Shown here: positions 7,935-16,651 of the stretch, one piece after another
Position numbering within the stretch: the stretch's first letter is position 1
Layout of the letters: every line of letters begins with the position of its first letter
Origin: a virus
Lineage: Duplodnaviria > Caudoviricetes
Direction: 5' to 3' (one strand)
Virus record (IMG/VR): IMGVR_UViG_3300005805_000423
Location: 1-25,971 of that record
DNA: 25,971 bases
Notes under the pieces: model-generated
Database searches by the model: none
The model's input: only the letters and a program-made list of their open reading frames with translations
What the model was told of the DNA's origin: nothing
Program-made: the position numbers and the translations under genes

Positions 7935-10427
7935 TCAAGAGAAAAAACTACTCAAACTGCCTTTGCGCTCCGCTTGCCATCCAATGCATTCTAGCACGTT
8001 TTTGATGGGCTCAAAGAAACTCTTTTCAAATTGTAGCGTATAGTCAATGTATTTGTCAAGATTCAATTCCTTCGGCAGTTGTTGAAAGAATGAAATGACA
8101 TTTTCACGAATTGGATTTGGTGTCTTCAGGTAGATAAACTTGATCTTTTCACCTTCCTGAATAATCGGATACTTGTGCTCCAGATTGTTTTTACGAATGT
8201 AATAGTTGTAAAGCAACGCACCACGCACTTGAATTGGTGTGCCCTTCTGGTAAATGTCAGCAGCACTACGATACTTCTTCAGACCATTACAACCGCGAGG
8301 GAATGCAATGTTGAGATAGTTTTGCTTCTTAGTGTCTTCCTTGATTTCATTAATGAAGTCAAGCACATCATCATTTGTTTTGGTTACGATGATACGATAT
8401 GCTTGCTCTAGTTTGTCACGAAAGTAAGCGGGAGTGGATGAGCGAGCAGTTTCCATGCCACAGATTTTCATCTTTGGTTTGGCATAACGCACACCTTCAC
8501 TATCCCATACGTTGAGCACATAGCGTTTTTTGGCGGTCCAGAAACCACGCTCAGCGATATTCTCTCGCTTCATCTTCATTTTCTGATCGTATGCCTTGAG
8601 GTAGTCTGCCAATTCTTGGTAAGAACTTTCAATAAACTTCTCAAGTTCCATCGCACAGACCTTATCAAGGAACGTAACAATGCTCTCATTAGTTTTCTCT
8701 CTTCCTGAGAATACCTTGTCCACCAGCGGGCCCAGATTAAGATACATAGAGTCAGTATCAGAAGCAATAACATAATCAGCACCATCAGTCTTAAGGATTT
8801 TATTTAGATATGCATTCATTCTATCGCCAATCCAGCGAATGGAAAGTTGACCAGAAAGAGTGATTGCCTCAGCAATTTCTAGTTTGTAATAACGAAAGTG
8901 CTCGTTACCGATAGCACCATAGGCAGAGTTAAGTTGAATCTTACGCGCCATCTGAATGTTATTGCAACGAGAAATCTCTTTTCTCAACTCAATCGTTGGA
9001 GTCTTCTCATACTGCTGTTTAGCAGCAAGCATCTTCTTCTTATAGATGGTGCGATCCTCATAGATCTTCTCCATCAGTTTAGGAAGGAAACCCTGATACT
9101 CTGTGGTGTAGTGGGTGCCGTTGGCACACAGAGTCTCCCCTACGAGGTCGCTGGTATCAAATGCCTTATCGAGTAGCATGTCAACGTTGACGCTGCTGCG
9201 ACGAGGCAGGAGGGTCTCTGGAGACAGGTTATACTGCATGATGAGGTGAGGATACAGCGAGTTAAGGTCAAACGAAACTACCCAGTCATACATTCCAGGA
9301 ATAGGTTCTTTTACATAAGCGCCAGCATACTTGGCATCTTTAACACTATCTTTCTTAGGAGGAATGACAATACCCATCTTCGCCAGATAGATGAAGATGA
9401 TGTTATCCCACATACGCACCTGAGAGTAAACATCTTCATAGTTTACTTTGGCGTCGTATGCCATAGTAAATGCCAACTCAAGAAGTTTCATCTTGTCTTC
9501 CAGTTGGTCAACAAGGCGCACGTCGATGATGTTATACTTGACAAATTTATCCCAGTCTTTGGTATAGAATTCTTTGAAAGTATCAAACTCAGAGTGGTCT
9601 AGTTTCTTTGCATCCAATTCAACGGAAGCAATATGATCGAGACGATATGACTCTTGATTAGTATAAGTGAATTTCTTATACAACTCCAGATAATCCAGAC
9701 AAGCAACGCCAGGAATATCATACGCAATCTGCTTACGACCTTTAATATAAATCTCACGCGATGAAATTAGTTTCCAAGGCGACAGAAGTTTAGTATGGTC
9801 TTCTCCCAAGACTCGATCCATACGACGGCAGATGTATGGAATATCGAATAGTTGCACATTCCAACCAGTGATTACATCGGGGGTATTCTCCTGCCACCAT
9901 TTGAGGAAGCACGAAAGGAGTTTCGTCTCATCGTTACAATGGATGTAATCAACCTGTCGGTCTTCATTCTTGAAACTCTTTGATCCCCAGACAGTGATGC
10001 GATTTGTAAAAGAATCACGGATAGAAATAAGGAGAATCTCTTGGTCTGCTGATTCAATATCAGGGAAACCATTCTCGGCTCCAGTTTCAATATCCAAAGT
10101 AAATGTGCGAATGAGAGAAGAGTCGAAGCGAATTTCGTCATCGGGATATGCTTCGTTGATATACTGATACAAGTATCTAGTGTTTCCGTGAATTTCAAAT
10201 CCCTCTACGCCCTCATACTGATTGATAAATTGCCTACAATCATTAATAGAGCCTGGGCGGACTTCCTTAAGGAAACGACCATCCAGACTCTTATGATCTG
10301 TCTGCTTGTTAGCAACAACAAACAAACTCGGATTGTAGTTTACACGATACTGCACACGCTCACCATTTTCATAACCACGAACGAGGATGCGATTCCCCGC
10401 TTGCTCAATATTCGTATAAAACTTCAT
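7935..10427 (-). CDS. g43: Family B DNA polymerase gp43, uninterrupted
   Basis: Exo I DIET, Exo II GWNVQLFDIPY, Exo III YNIIDV, SFDLNSLYPHL, KIQLNSAYGA, SDTDS, KKRY. Confidence 0.97.
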   Translation of the reverse strand: MKFYTNIEQAGNRILVRGYENGERVQYRVNYNPSLFVVANKQTDHKSLDGRFLKEVRPGSINDCRQFINQYEGVEGFEIHGNTRYLYQYINEAYPDDEIRFDSSLIRTFTLDIETGAENGFPDIESADQEILLISIRDSFTNRITVWGSKSFKNEDRQVDYIHCNDETKLLSCFLKWWQENTPDVITGWNVQLFDIPYICRRMDRVLGEDHTKLLSPWKLISSREIYIKGRKQIAYDIPGVACLDYLELYKKFTYTNQESYRLDHIASVELDAKKLDHSEFDTFKEFYTKDWDKFVKYNIIDVRLVDQLEDKMKLLELAFTMAYDAKVNYEDVYSQVRMWDNIIFIYLAKMGIVIPPKKDSVKDAKYAGAYVKEPIPGMYDWVVSFDLNSLYPHLIMQYNLSPETLLPRRSSVNVDMLLDKAFDTSDLVGETLCANGTHYTTEYQGFLPKLMEKIYEDRTIYKKKMLAAKQQYEKTPTIELRKEISRCNNIQMARKIQLNSAYGAIGNEHFRYYKLEIAEAITLSGQLSIRWIGDRMNAYLNKILKTDGADYVIASDTDSMYLNLGPLVDKVFSGREKTNESIVTFLDKVCAMELEKFIESSYQELADYLKAYDQKMKMKRENIAERGFWTAKKRYVLNVWDSEGVRYAKPKMKICGMETARSSTPAYFRDKLEQAYRIIVTKTNDDVLDFINEIKEDTKKQNYLNIAFPRGCNGLKKYRSAADIYQKGTPIQVRGALLYNYYIRKNNLEHKYPIIQEGEKIKFIYLKTPNPIRENVISFFQQLPKELNLDKYIDYTLQFEKSFFEPIKNVLECIGWQAERKGSLSSFFS

Positions 10428-10430
10428 GCG

Positions 10431-10820
10431 TCAACCCACAGTCTTCTGGTAGTATTCTAGCACAGAATAGGAGGGATCCGCAAGTGTCAGAATGTCTTCT
10501 GCCCTCAGGTAGATCTGACTTTGGTTTGTATACTTTGGAAATTTTTCCAAAAGAATATAGTCTGATTGAGTAACTGTAACTTCGTTACCATCCTTGTCGA
10601 TTTCTTTATCAATGCTTTCACTAATAAAGAGAGCATCTGGATTGCGAATACTTTTATAATCAACATTAGAGTGATCCCAATAAGTTAGGTCAGTCACTCT
10701 GTAAGGATTAGTCAAAAGACATTCAGGGCTTTCTTCCCTTTCTTCAATCCCCGCTATCAGATACTCCTGATTCTTCAGAAGAATCATTTGAATCACTGGT
10801 TGATACGGTGTCGTCGTCAT
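10431..10820 (-). CDS. Conserved hypothetical, Sm-like fold candidate
   Basis: ILLKNQEYLIAGIEE..CLLTNPYRV..FP..ILTLADP..LEYY pattern; GAGG SD upstream of 10820; usual position before g43. Confidence 0.75.
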   Translation of the reverse strand: MTTTPYQPVIQMILLKNQEYLIAGIEEREESPECLLTNPYRVTDLTYWDHSNVDYKSIRNPDALFISESIDKEIDKDGNEVTVTQSDYILLEKFPKYTNQSQIYLRAEDILTLADPSYSVLEYYQKTVG

Positions 10821-11118
10821 TTAATACCTCAGCAAATCGATCTAAGTAAATTTCAAGAATGTTTGGTTCAACATCACCAATTGCAACTACAGTTGAATAT
10901 GGCACCTTATACTGAACTTCACTAGAATAAGGTATCCACTTACTAAAGTTTACATTGTATTGAACTTGATCCTGACCACCATCAGTAGTTGGAATCATTG
11001 TTAAAATATATGGACATCGAAGAATTAAACAAATTCCTTGTCCTTTGTCGTCTTTTAATTCTCCGACTCCAGCGATTATCCTTTCGCCAGATTGAGTCAA
11101 AATTATTTTAGGATCCAT
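10744..11118 (-). CDS. Conserved hypothetical, Sm-like fold candidate (124 aa, start MDPKII)
   Basis: Start moved to ATG 11118 (TGGAGA SD, promoter upstream); LTQSGERIIAGV..LRCPY..WIPYS..VVAIGDVEP pattern. Confidence 0.78.
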   Translation of the reverse strand: MDPKIILTQSGERIIAGVGELKDDKGQGICLILRCPYILTMIPTTDGGQDQVQYNVNFSKWIPYSSEVQYKVPYSTVVAIGDVEPNILEIYLDRFAEVLNDDDTVSTSDSNDSSEESGVSDSGD

Positions 11119-11140
11119 AATTCTCCATACACTAAAAAAT

Positions 11141-11169
11141 ATTATACCATAAAAAAGAAAATAGGGCAA
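11141..11169 (-). promoter_or_regulatory. Sigma70-type early promoter TTGCCC-N17-TATAAT with extended -10 TG
   Basis: -35 at 11164-11169 inside the terminator stem, -10 at 11141-11146; would drive the Sm-like genes and g43 operon. Confidence 0.8.
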
Positions 11170-11195
11170 GAGCTGATAGTTGCCAGCCCTGCCCT
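11151..11195 (-). terminator. Rho-independent terminator after hsp20
   Basis: 12-bp stem (one G-U, one bulge) at 11163-11195 followed by ATTTTCTTTTTT. Confidence 0.8.
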
Positions 11196-11225
11196 TGATG
11201 CAGCGACGATATTTGGGTTGCCCCG
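11151..11225 (-). ncRNA. Candidate ~70-nt late small RNA (5' GCAA-tetraloop hairpin, AUAUCGUCGCUGC linker, 12-bp terminator stem)
   Basis: AATAAATA late-type promoter at 11230-11237; GGG-GCAA-CCC; stem AGGGCA-GGGCUG/CAGCUC-U-UGCCCU then U-tract; no RBS-led ORF inside. Confidence 0.45.
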
Positions 11226-11228
11226 AGA

Positions 11229-11714
11229 TTATTTATTTACTGTATTTTCACCAGGGAAATTTGAATCTCGATCTTCTGTTAAAAACTTTGGGTCGAGAGA
11301 TCTCCCAATAGTATACGTTGTTTTCTTCTGATGATCTGGAATGATTTTCTCCAATGAGATTGTTAGTAAACCATCAGCAAAATCTACAGAGGATACTCTG
11401 ACATCATCTGCGAGTTGCCAACTGTGTGAGAATGAACGTTTGGATAAACCCTTGTGGAGATACTTTCTTTCAGAATCTGATTTCTGAGATTTAGAGGTAA
11501 CTCTGAGAATGTTTTGTTCTGTAGATACTTCAATCTCCTCTGATTTAAATCCAGCAAGAGCGACTTCAATTTCGTAGTTAGCTTCATCGTTTTTGATGAT
11601 GTTGTAAGGGGGATAGTTAGTATTGTGACCAGACATCGCATCTAGTCTATTAAAAATGCTTTCTAATCCAACCCCAAATGGTGTATAGACATCCCATGTG
11701 TAAGCGTTTGTCAT
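11229..11714 (-). CDS. hsp20: Small heat shock protein Hsp20 (161 aa, start MTNAY)
   Basis: NYPPYNII, IEVALAGF, YLHKGLSKRSF, DGLLTISLEKIIP; AAGGAGA SD before ATG 11714. Confidence 0.95.
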   Translation of the reverse strand: MTNAYTWDVYTPFGVGLESIFNRLDAMSGHNTNYPPYNIIKNDEANYEIEVALAGFKSEEIEVSTEQNILRVTSKSQKSDSERKYLHKGLSKRSFSHSWQLADDVRVSSVDFADGLLTISLEKIIPDHQKKTTYTIGRSLDPKFLTEDRDSNFPGENTVNK

Positions 11715-11720
11715 TTTATT

Positions 11721-11765
11721 TCTCCTTAATAAGCGAGAGTTTGTATAAGACCCCGAAGGCGTCTT
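11721..11765 (-). promoter_or_regulatory. Structured hsp20 5' leader: cUUCGg hairpin plus ROSE-like SD-sequestering hairpin
   Basis: AAGACGCC-UUCG-GGGUCUU, then UCUC-G-CUU-AUU-AAG-GAGA containing UCGCU opposite the SD. Confidence 0.6.
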
Positions 11766-11787
11766 CATTATTATATATGAGAAAGCA

Positions 11788-11813
11788 ATAAAAAAGGGAG
11801 TGTGGCACTCCCT
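11788..11813 (-). terminator. Rho-independent terminator after regA
   Basis: AGGGAGTG-CCA-CACTCCCT followed by TTTTTATT. Confidence 0.85.
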
Positions 11814-11819
11814 ACAAAA

Positions 11820-12248
11820 TTATTCGGTTATCTCGGTCTTCTTACGACCAATGTTATATTTACTTTCAAGAGTCCATTCATCTTTCTCTTTAAAAGCAAG
11901 AACTTTGATTTGATTCAACGGAGCAACATCAGCAATCGCTTCTGCTTTGACAACAGTAATCAATCCCCAATCGGATAACAGTTGAATGATTCTGTTTCTA
12001 CGTTGCACATCATTTACCGAAAGATTGGTATTCTTCCCATCAAGGGCAAACAGCTCCTTGAAGTGAACAATGTAATACTTGCCTTGCTTATGCAGAATAT
12101 GGCAAGATTGATAAATCTTTTTTTCTTTTCGGGATGCAACACCAATGCGAGTTAAGGTCTCACGAACTTTGAGGAAGTCATCAGGTTCATTGAGAGTCAC
12201 CTCAACCATATCAGCTTGCTTCCATTCTACTTCAATATCAGGAGTCAT
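11820..12248 (-). CDS. regA: RegA translational repressor
   Basis: PDDFLKVRETLTRIGVAS, QSCHILHKQGKYYIVHFKELFALDG, RRNRI..LLSDWGL. Confidence 0.97.
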   Translation of the reverse strand: MTPDIEVEWKQADMVEVTLNEPDDFLKVRETLTRIGVASRKEKKIYQSCHILHKQGKYYIVHFKELFALDGKNTNLSVNDVQRRNRIIQLLSDWGLITVVKAEAIADVAPLNQIKVLAFKEKDEWTLESKYNIGRKKTEITE

Positions 12249-12631
12249 TTCTTTCCACCTTTGTCTACAAGTTTTTTAATGTGTTCAAGTTGAGTTTTAG
12301 ATAAAATTCTCAATGCCTGTAGAGCCTTATCGTCGTTATAACCATAATACTCTTTGATCGCATCAAGGTATTCTACTTGAGATTTTTTCGCCCATGGCGA
12401 AAACCGCTTACGCGGATTGATACTATTTATAAAAAAGTCATATTGCAACTTCTTGTCTAGGTGAGGATACATATTCATCTCATTAGCAAAGAGAACTGTA
12501 TCGTGAAAAGCAGCAAGACATTTGTTGACAATAAAAGGTGGATATGCTTTTTCCGATTCCTCGTCAATAACTACCGACTTCTTGTTTTGATTTATTGAAT
12601 TCAAATATTCCGTTAGAGATGGTTTCGTCAT
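12245..12631 (-). CDS. g62: Clamp loader small subunit gp62
   Basis: YLNSIN..YPPFIVNKCL..ANEMN..QYDFFINS..RKRFSPW..YYGYN..KA; synteny with regA. Confidence 0.93.
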   Translation of the reverse strand: MTKPSLTEYLNSINQNKKSVVIDEESEKAYPPFIVNKCLAAFHDTVLFANEMNMYPHLDKKLQYDFFINSINPRKRFSPWAKKSQVEYLDAIKEYYGYNDDKALQALRILSKTQLEHIKKLVDKGGKK

Positions 12632-13454
12632 AATTAGTAATCAATAGTTCAGCGCGATCTTTTTGCTCATTCATGTAGTCGCCTACTGAACGCATAGTAT
12701 AAGTCAAATCCCATTTAGTTTGATAGTAACCATCATACCACTCCATAAGAGTTGGGTTGGTATTGTATGTAATCATCCAGCGATCTTTTACATTGCCCTG
12801 AGTAATCCAAGCATGAAACTCTTCATGGTTGAATCCTTTGTGTAACTCTCCTTTCTTACCATAGAGATTGTCTTTGATATCGTAGGGAGGATCAAAGAAC
12901 CAAAAGGTTCCCACAGGAGCAGATGTCATCATCATATCCCAATAGGGACCACAGGTAATCTTCCAATTTTTAATAAGTTTAGAATACTCAGGGAGTTTTT
13001 CAATTCCTCTAACAGAAAAATTGGAGTTACTTGCCTGAGGTGAAAAAGAAGAACTTTCAGTAAGACCACTGAAAGAACACTTATTGATGATATAAAATCT
13101 CACCGCACGTTCGAAATCTCCAGTATTCGGATCATTAAGAATCTGTTTTGAAATATCAAAAAGACCTCTAGCAGATACTGGATCTGGGCAAGCGTTTTTA
13201 AAGTGAAGAAGATGGTCTTTAAGTTCTTCTCCATACTGTTGGAGTTGTTGCCAAAAGATTACAAGTGGTTTGTATAGATCATTCACCCATACAGGAATGT
13301 CTGGATATTCTTTTGTGAATGCGATTGCTACACTACCACCGCCCAGAAAAGGTTCACGATATTCTACGATATCTTTTGGCATCTTGGGAATCAGATACTT
13401 AACAGCACGAGATTTACCACCAGGATAACGAAGAGGGGTCTTTAGTGATTTCAT
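12564..13454 (-). CDS. dam: Dam-like (D12 class) N6-adenine DNA methyltransferase
   Basis: LRYPGGKSR, YREPFLGGGSV (SAM binding), NDL, DPPY catalytic motif, ELLITNY. Confidence 0.9.
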   Translation of the reverse strand: MKSLKTPLRYPGGKSRAVKYLIPKMPKDIVEYREPFLGGGSVAIAFTKEYPDIPVWVNDLYKPLVIFWQQLQQYGEELKDHLLHFKNACPDPVSARGLFDISKQILNDPNTGDFERAVRFYIINKCSFSGLTESSSFSPQASNSNFSVRGIEKLPEYSKLIKNWKITCGPYWDMMMTSAPVGTFWFFDPPYDIKDNLYGKKGELHKGFNHEEFHAWITQGNVKDRWMITYNTNPTLMEWYDGYYQTKWDLTYTMRSVGDYMNEQKDRAELLITNYDETISNGIFEFNKSKQEVGSY

Positions 13455-14392
13455 TTAAACTTACACTCCACCATGATTTCAGTTAGACAAGCGAGAAGAT
13501 TAATCTCTTGATCTGCCACAAAGGCAATCTGATATTGATACTTAGCAAGCACCAACACAGCAGGAGGAATAGAAGATCCTTCCAGCACTTCATTCAACGC
13601 ATTGTAGATTTTACGAATGATAGTGTTGGGGTCACTATCCATATTATCAACAACCCACTGACGCACAATCTTATATTCTTTTGCTTTCATTGCTCGCATC
13701 AACTGATCGAGATTAACATCAGCAATATCACAGAGCACTGCAGAATCAAGTGACCCACTAGCAGAGTGACGCTGTGCCTCATTCAGCAGGCGTCGCCAGT
13801 CGGGGTAGTAACGCTGGATCAGTTTGACCAGCACCTTGTCTTCATACGCCACGCCAGAGGCGTCTAGGATGCCCTGTAAGCGCCCGAAGAATGCTGCCTG
13901 CAGTTTCTTCTGCTCCTCGGGTTTGATGCGGAAATCCACGACCGTGCAGCGAGAGTGCAGAGGGTCAACGATCTTGTTAATGAAGTTGCAAGTAAAGATG
14001 AAACGACAGTTACCATGAAACTCTTCAACGAAAGCGCGAAGAGATAGTTGCACGTCATGCGTGGTGTTATCTGCCTCGTCAATGATGACGACTTTATGCT
14101 TACCACTGCCAGTTAAACTGACAGTAGAGGCGAATTGTTTTACGCGAGTGCGAATAGTATCAAGGAAGCGACCTTCATCGGATCCGTTGATAACAATGTA
14201 TGAAGCACCAATCTCTTCACACAGGGCTTTGGCAACTGTAGTCTTACCAACGCCAGGAGGACCAGACAGAAGGAGATTAGCAATCTCCCCCTGCTCTACA
14301 AATCCAGTGAATACTTTCTTTAACGAATCAGGGAGGATACAATCTTCGATCTTACGAGGACGATATTCCTCCACCCACAAAAAGTTTTTCAT
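13451..14392 (-). CDS. g44: Clamp loader large subunit gp44
   Basis: LWVEEYRP, GPPGVGKTT, IIDEAD, PLHSRC; ATG 14392 overlaps the g45 stop (TGATG). Confidence 0.96.
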   Translation of the reverse strand: MKNFLWVEEYRPRKIEDCILPDSLKKVFTGFVEQGEIANLLLSGPPGVGKTTVAKALCEEIGASYIVINGSDEGRFLDTIRTRVKQFASTVSLTGSGKHKVVIIDEADNTTHDVQLSLRAFVEEFHGNCRFIFTCNFINKIVDPLHSRCTVVDFRIKPEEQKKLQAAFFGRLQGILDASGVAYEDKVLVKLIQRYYPDWRRLLNEAQRHSASGSLDSAVLCDIADVNLDQLMRAMKAKEYKIVRQWVVDNMDSDPNTIIRKIYNALNEVLEGSSIPPAVLVLAKYQYQIAFVADQEINLLACLTEIMVECKFK

Positions 14393-15054
14393 CAAGGTTC
14401 AAGCGCAATGTAATATGTAACGTCAAGGTTGAGATGTTTCCACTCAGAAATGTGATGCTTAGAAACACCAACCTGATAATCACCCTGAAGAAGTCGAATG
14501 TTTTCTACTTTCAAATCAAGAGAGTGAGATCCCTCAAAGGTGCCAGGAACAATGATATCATACGTGTTGGAAGTTGACACTTCATTGTCACGCACAGAAA
14601 GCACAATCTCTTCACCAGAGCTGATATTGAGATCGGGAAGTTTGTAGATACCAGTTGCCTTTTGAATGGCAGCAATATCAGAAGCAGACAGAGTAAACTG
14701 AATATCAGATCCAGGATATTTTACCGATTTGTCTGGAGCAGTCTTGAGCGTAATTTCAGGATCCGAAAAATAATATTTGACACGGCTACGTCCATCTTTG
14801 ATAGTAACATAATCGTCATTGTCAAAGACCAGAGAAGGATTGTCAAACAAACTAAGACCAGCGAGAAACTGATTGAGATCATAAATCGCAAAGGTCTGAG
14901 GAAAAGACTCTTCGACATTTGCTGCAGCCAAGATATTTTCAGCGTTGGAAATGGTTCGTAGAGTGTTTCCTTCTTTGATGATAATGCCATTGTTAATGGT
15001 AGCAAAGTTTTTTAGAATATTCAGAGTAGTTTGGGAAAGTGCGACTGTGCTCAT
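14392..15054 (-). CDS. g45: Sliding clamp gp45
   Basis: LSQTTLNILKNFATIN, FAIYDLNQFL, YYFSDP, YYIALEP. Confidence 0.95.
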   Translation of the reverse strand: MSTVALSQTTLNILKNFATINNGIIIKEGNTLRTISNAENILAAANVEESFPQTFAIYDLNQFLAGLSLFDNPSLVFDNDDYVTIKDGRSRVKYYFSDPEITLKTAPDKSVKYPGSDIQFTLSASDIAAIQKATGIYKLPDLNISSGEEIVLSVRDNEVSTSNTYDIIVPGTFEGSHSLDLKVENIRLLQGDYQVGVSKHHISEWKHLNLDVTYYIALEP

Positions 15055-15338
15055 CGGTTGTAATCTTCGCGGGTTGCATTTTTATCATTAAAGTTTAGAA
15101 GGAGCACGGCATAGTGCAGCACCTTCATAATATCCATTCTAGCACTTCCTTTCTTATCATAGCGCGAAGCGTATTTAAGAATGTTGCTGCGACAGAATGC
15201 TTCTCCATCGCCACACGCTTCAATCAAATCAAGGGTTTGGATTTTATCATCGCCAGCAGAATAATGTTGCTGGTAGGTTTTGGCGATGTAATCTCGCAGT
15301 TCATTGAGCAGTTGCTCTTCATTGTATTTCCATTGCAT
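15051..15338 (-). CDS. DUF3310-like protein (related to T7 gp1.7 nucleotide kinase)
   Basis: HYS..IQTLDLI..FCRSNILKYASRYDKKG..DIMKVLHY pattern. Confidence 0.75.
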   Translation of the reverse strand: MQWKYNEEQLLNELRDYIAKTYQQHYSAGDDKIQTLDLIEACGDGEAFCRSNILKYASRYDKKGSARMDIMKVLHYAVLLLNFNDKNATREDYNR

Positions 15339-15340
15339 AG

Positions 15341-15538
15341 TTAGACTTCTTTAATAACGGAATCTATTTGGTCAGTATAGCACCTTGTCACCACATAGTC
15401 AACCTCTGTAATATAACGCCGACCAAGATAACAAGGAATGTGGTTGCCACTGTGAAGTTCCATCACCAGGCACTTGATTAAAAAAACACCCCCATCCGTC
15501 AAGCGAATGAGAGTGTGGCGAGGGAGATTTTCAAACAT
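15341..15538 (-). CDS. 65-aa hypothetical protein
   Basis: Fills the gap exactly; ATG overlaps the cobS stop (TGATG). Confidence 0.6.
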   Translation of the reverse strand: MFENLPRHTLIRLTDGGVFLIKCLVMELHSGNHIPCYLGRRYITEVDYVVTRCYTDQIDSVIKEV

Positions 15539-16626
15539 CAGAAGATTTCAGTTTCAGTAGTTTGGGTTTCAGTAGGAGCATCGATAGAAGCATCAATCTT
15601 GGAATAGAGTTCCATGAAAGATTGCTTAGTCTCATCATCGAAACGAGCAATACAAACTTCGATTGCTTTCTTACGCTTACCAAAGATGCTGAAGGCACGG
15701 ATGACATGCACCAGGCGACGAGTAGAAATGATTTCGTCAACACCGCCATCGTAGAAGGTCTTACGAATAATCTCTGCCCACGCAACCAGACGACTCACAA
15801 ACTCTTCATCGTAGCAGTTGAGCGACTCAGAAGCTTTCTTGAGGATAGCAGTTTCAACCTTAGGAGTAGGATATGCCTGCTCAAAGGTTACAGGGAAACG
15901 CTCAAGGAATGCTTCATTAAGCACGTTGGTGCCAATGAAACGACCATCATCACTACCTTTACCTTTAGTGTTAGCAGTAGCAACAACGTTGAAACCATCG
16001 GCGGGTTTGACATACTTACCAATCTTCTTGAGGAAGACACCCTTACCTTCCAGCACAGATTGCAGGCAGAGGATTTTATTGGAAGCGAGGTCAATCTCAT
16101 CCAGCAGAAGAATAGCACCGCGAGTCAGTGCTTGCACAACAGGGCCATCATGCCACACAGTCTCACCATTGACGAGACGGAAACCACCAATCAGATCATC
16201 CTCATCAGTTTCGATAGTGACGTTGACACGAATCAATTCACGCTTCAGTTGAGCACAAGCTTGCTCCACACTGAAAGTTTTACCGTTACCAGAGAGACCA
16301 GTGATGAAGATAGGATAATACTGACGAGAAGAAACAATCTTTTTAATATCACTAAAGTTACCAAAGCTGACGAAGGAAGCATCTTTAGCAGGAATAAAGT
16401 TTTCGGGATTTTCTACCACAGGTTCTACCGCAGGTTGATTATACGTTTGCTCCAGTTGCTCAGCAGCAGTCAGATGCCACATGCCACGTTGCACTTTAAA
16501 CTGATCCAGTTTCTTAGTGAGAGTTTGATAAGACATACCGATCTCATCAGCATAGGCACGAACGTCAGCAGCAGTCACGACAGCGCCGAAGCGGTCAATC
16601 ATGGAGGCGACTTCAAAGTTTTTCAT
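15538..16626 (-). CDS. cobS: CobS-like MoxR-family AAA+ ATPase (start MKNFEV)
   Basis: Walker A GLSGNGKT, DLIGG, Walker B LLLDEID, ATANTKG, NEAFLERF, ISTRRL; start moved to ATG 16626 downstream of the promoter. Confidence 0.9.
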   Translation of the reverse strand: MKNFEVASMIDRFGAVVTAADVRAYADEIGMSYQTLTKKLDQFKVQRGMWHLTAAEQLEQTYNQPAVEPVVENPENFIPAKDASFVSFGNFSDIKKIVSSRQYYPIFITGLSGNGKTFSVEQACAQLKRELIRVNVTIETDEDDLIGGFRLVNGETVWHDGPVVQALTRGAILLLDEIDLASNKILCLQSVLEGKGVFLKKIGKYVKPADGFNVVATANTKGKGSDDGRFIGTNVLNEAFLERFPVTFEQAYPTPKVETAILKKASESLNCYDEEFVSRLVAWAEIIRKTFYDGGVDEIISTRRLVHVIRAFSIFGKRKKAIEVCIARFDDETKQSFMELYSKIDASIDAPTETQTTETEIF

Positions 16627-16651
16627 GGTGTGGGTCGTTTCGTATGTAAGT

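Noticed and set aside
5531-10427. Introns, inteins or splits in g43, uvsX or g41
   Set aside because: ORFs are continuous and of typical length, with no intein or homing endonuclease motifs.
10425-10470. T4-type gp43 autogenous translational operator hairpin
   Set aside because: Only 3 nt separate g43 from the upstream gene and no convincing hairpin is visible.
11770-11798. Full sigma70 promoter for hsp20
   Set aside because: TATAAT is present at 11770-11775 but the -35 position reads CCCTTT; it could be a late-type variant (TATATAATA), so it is left uncalled.
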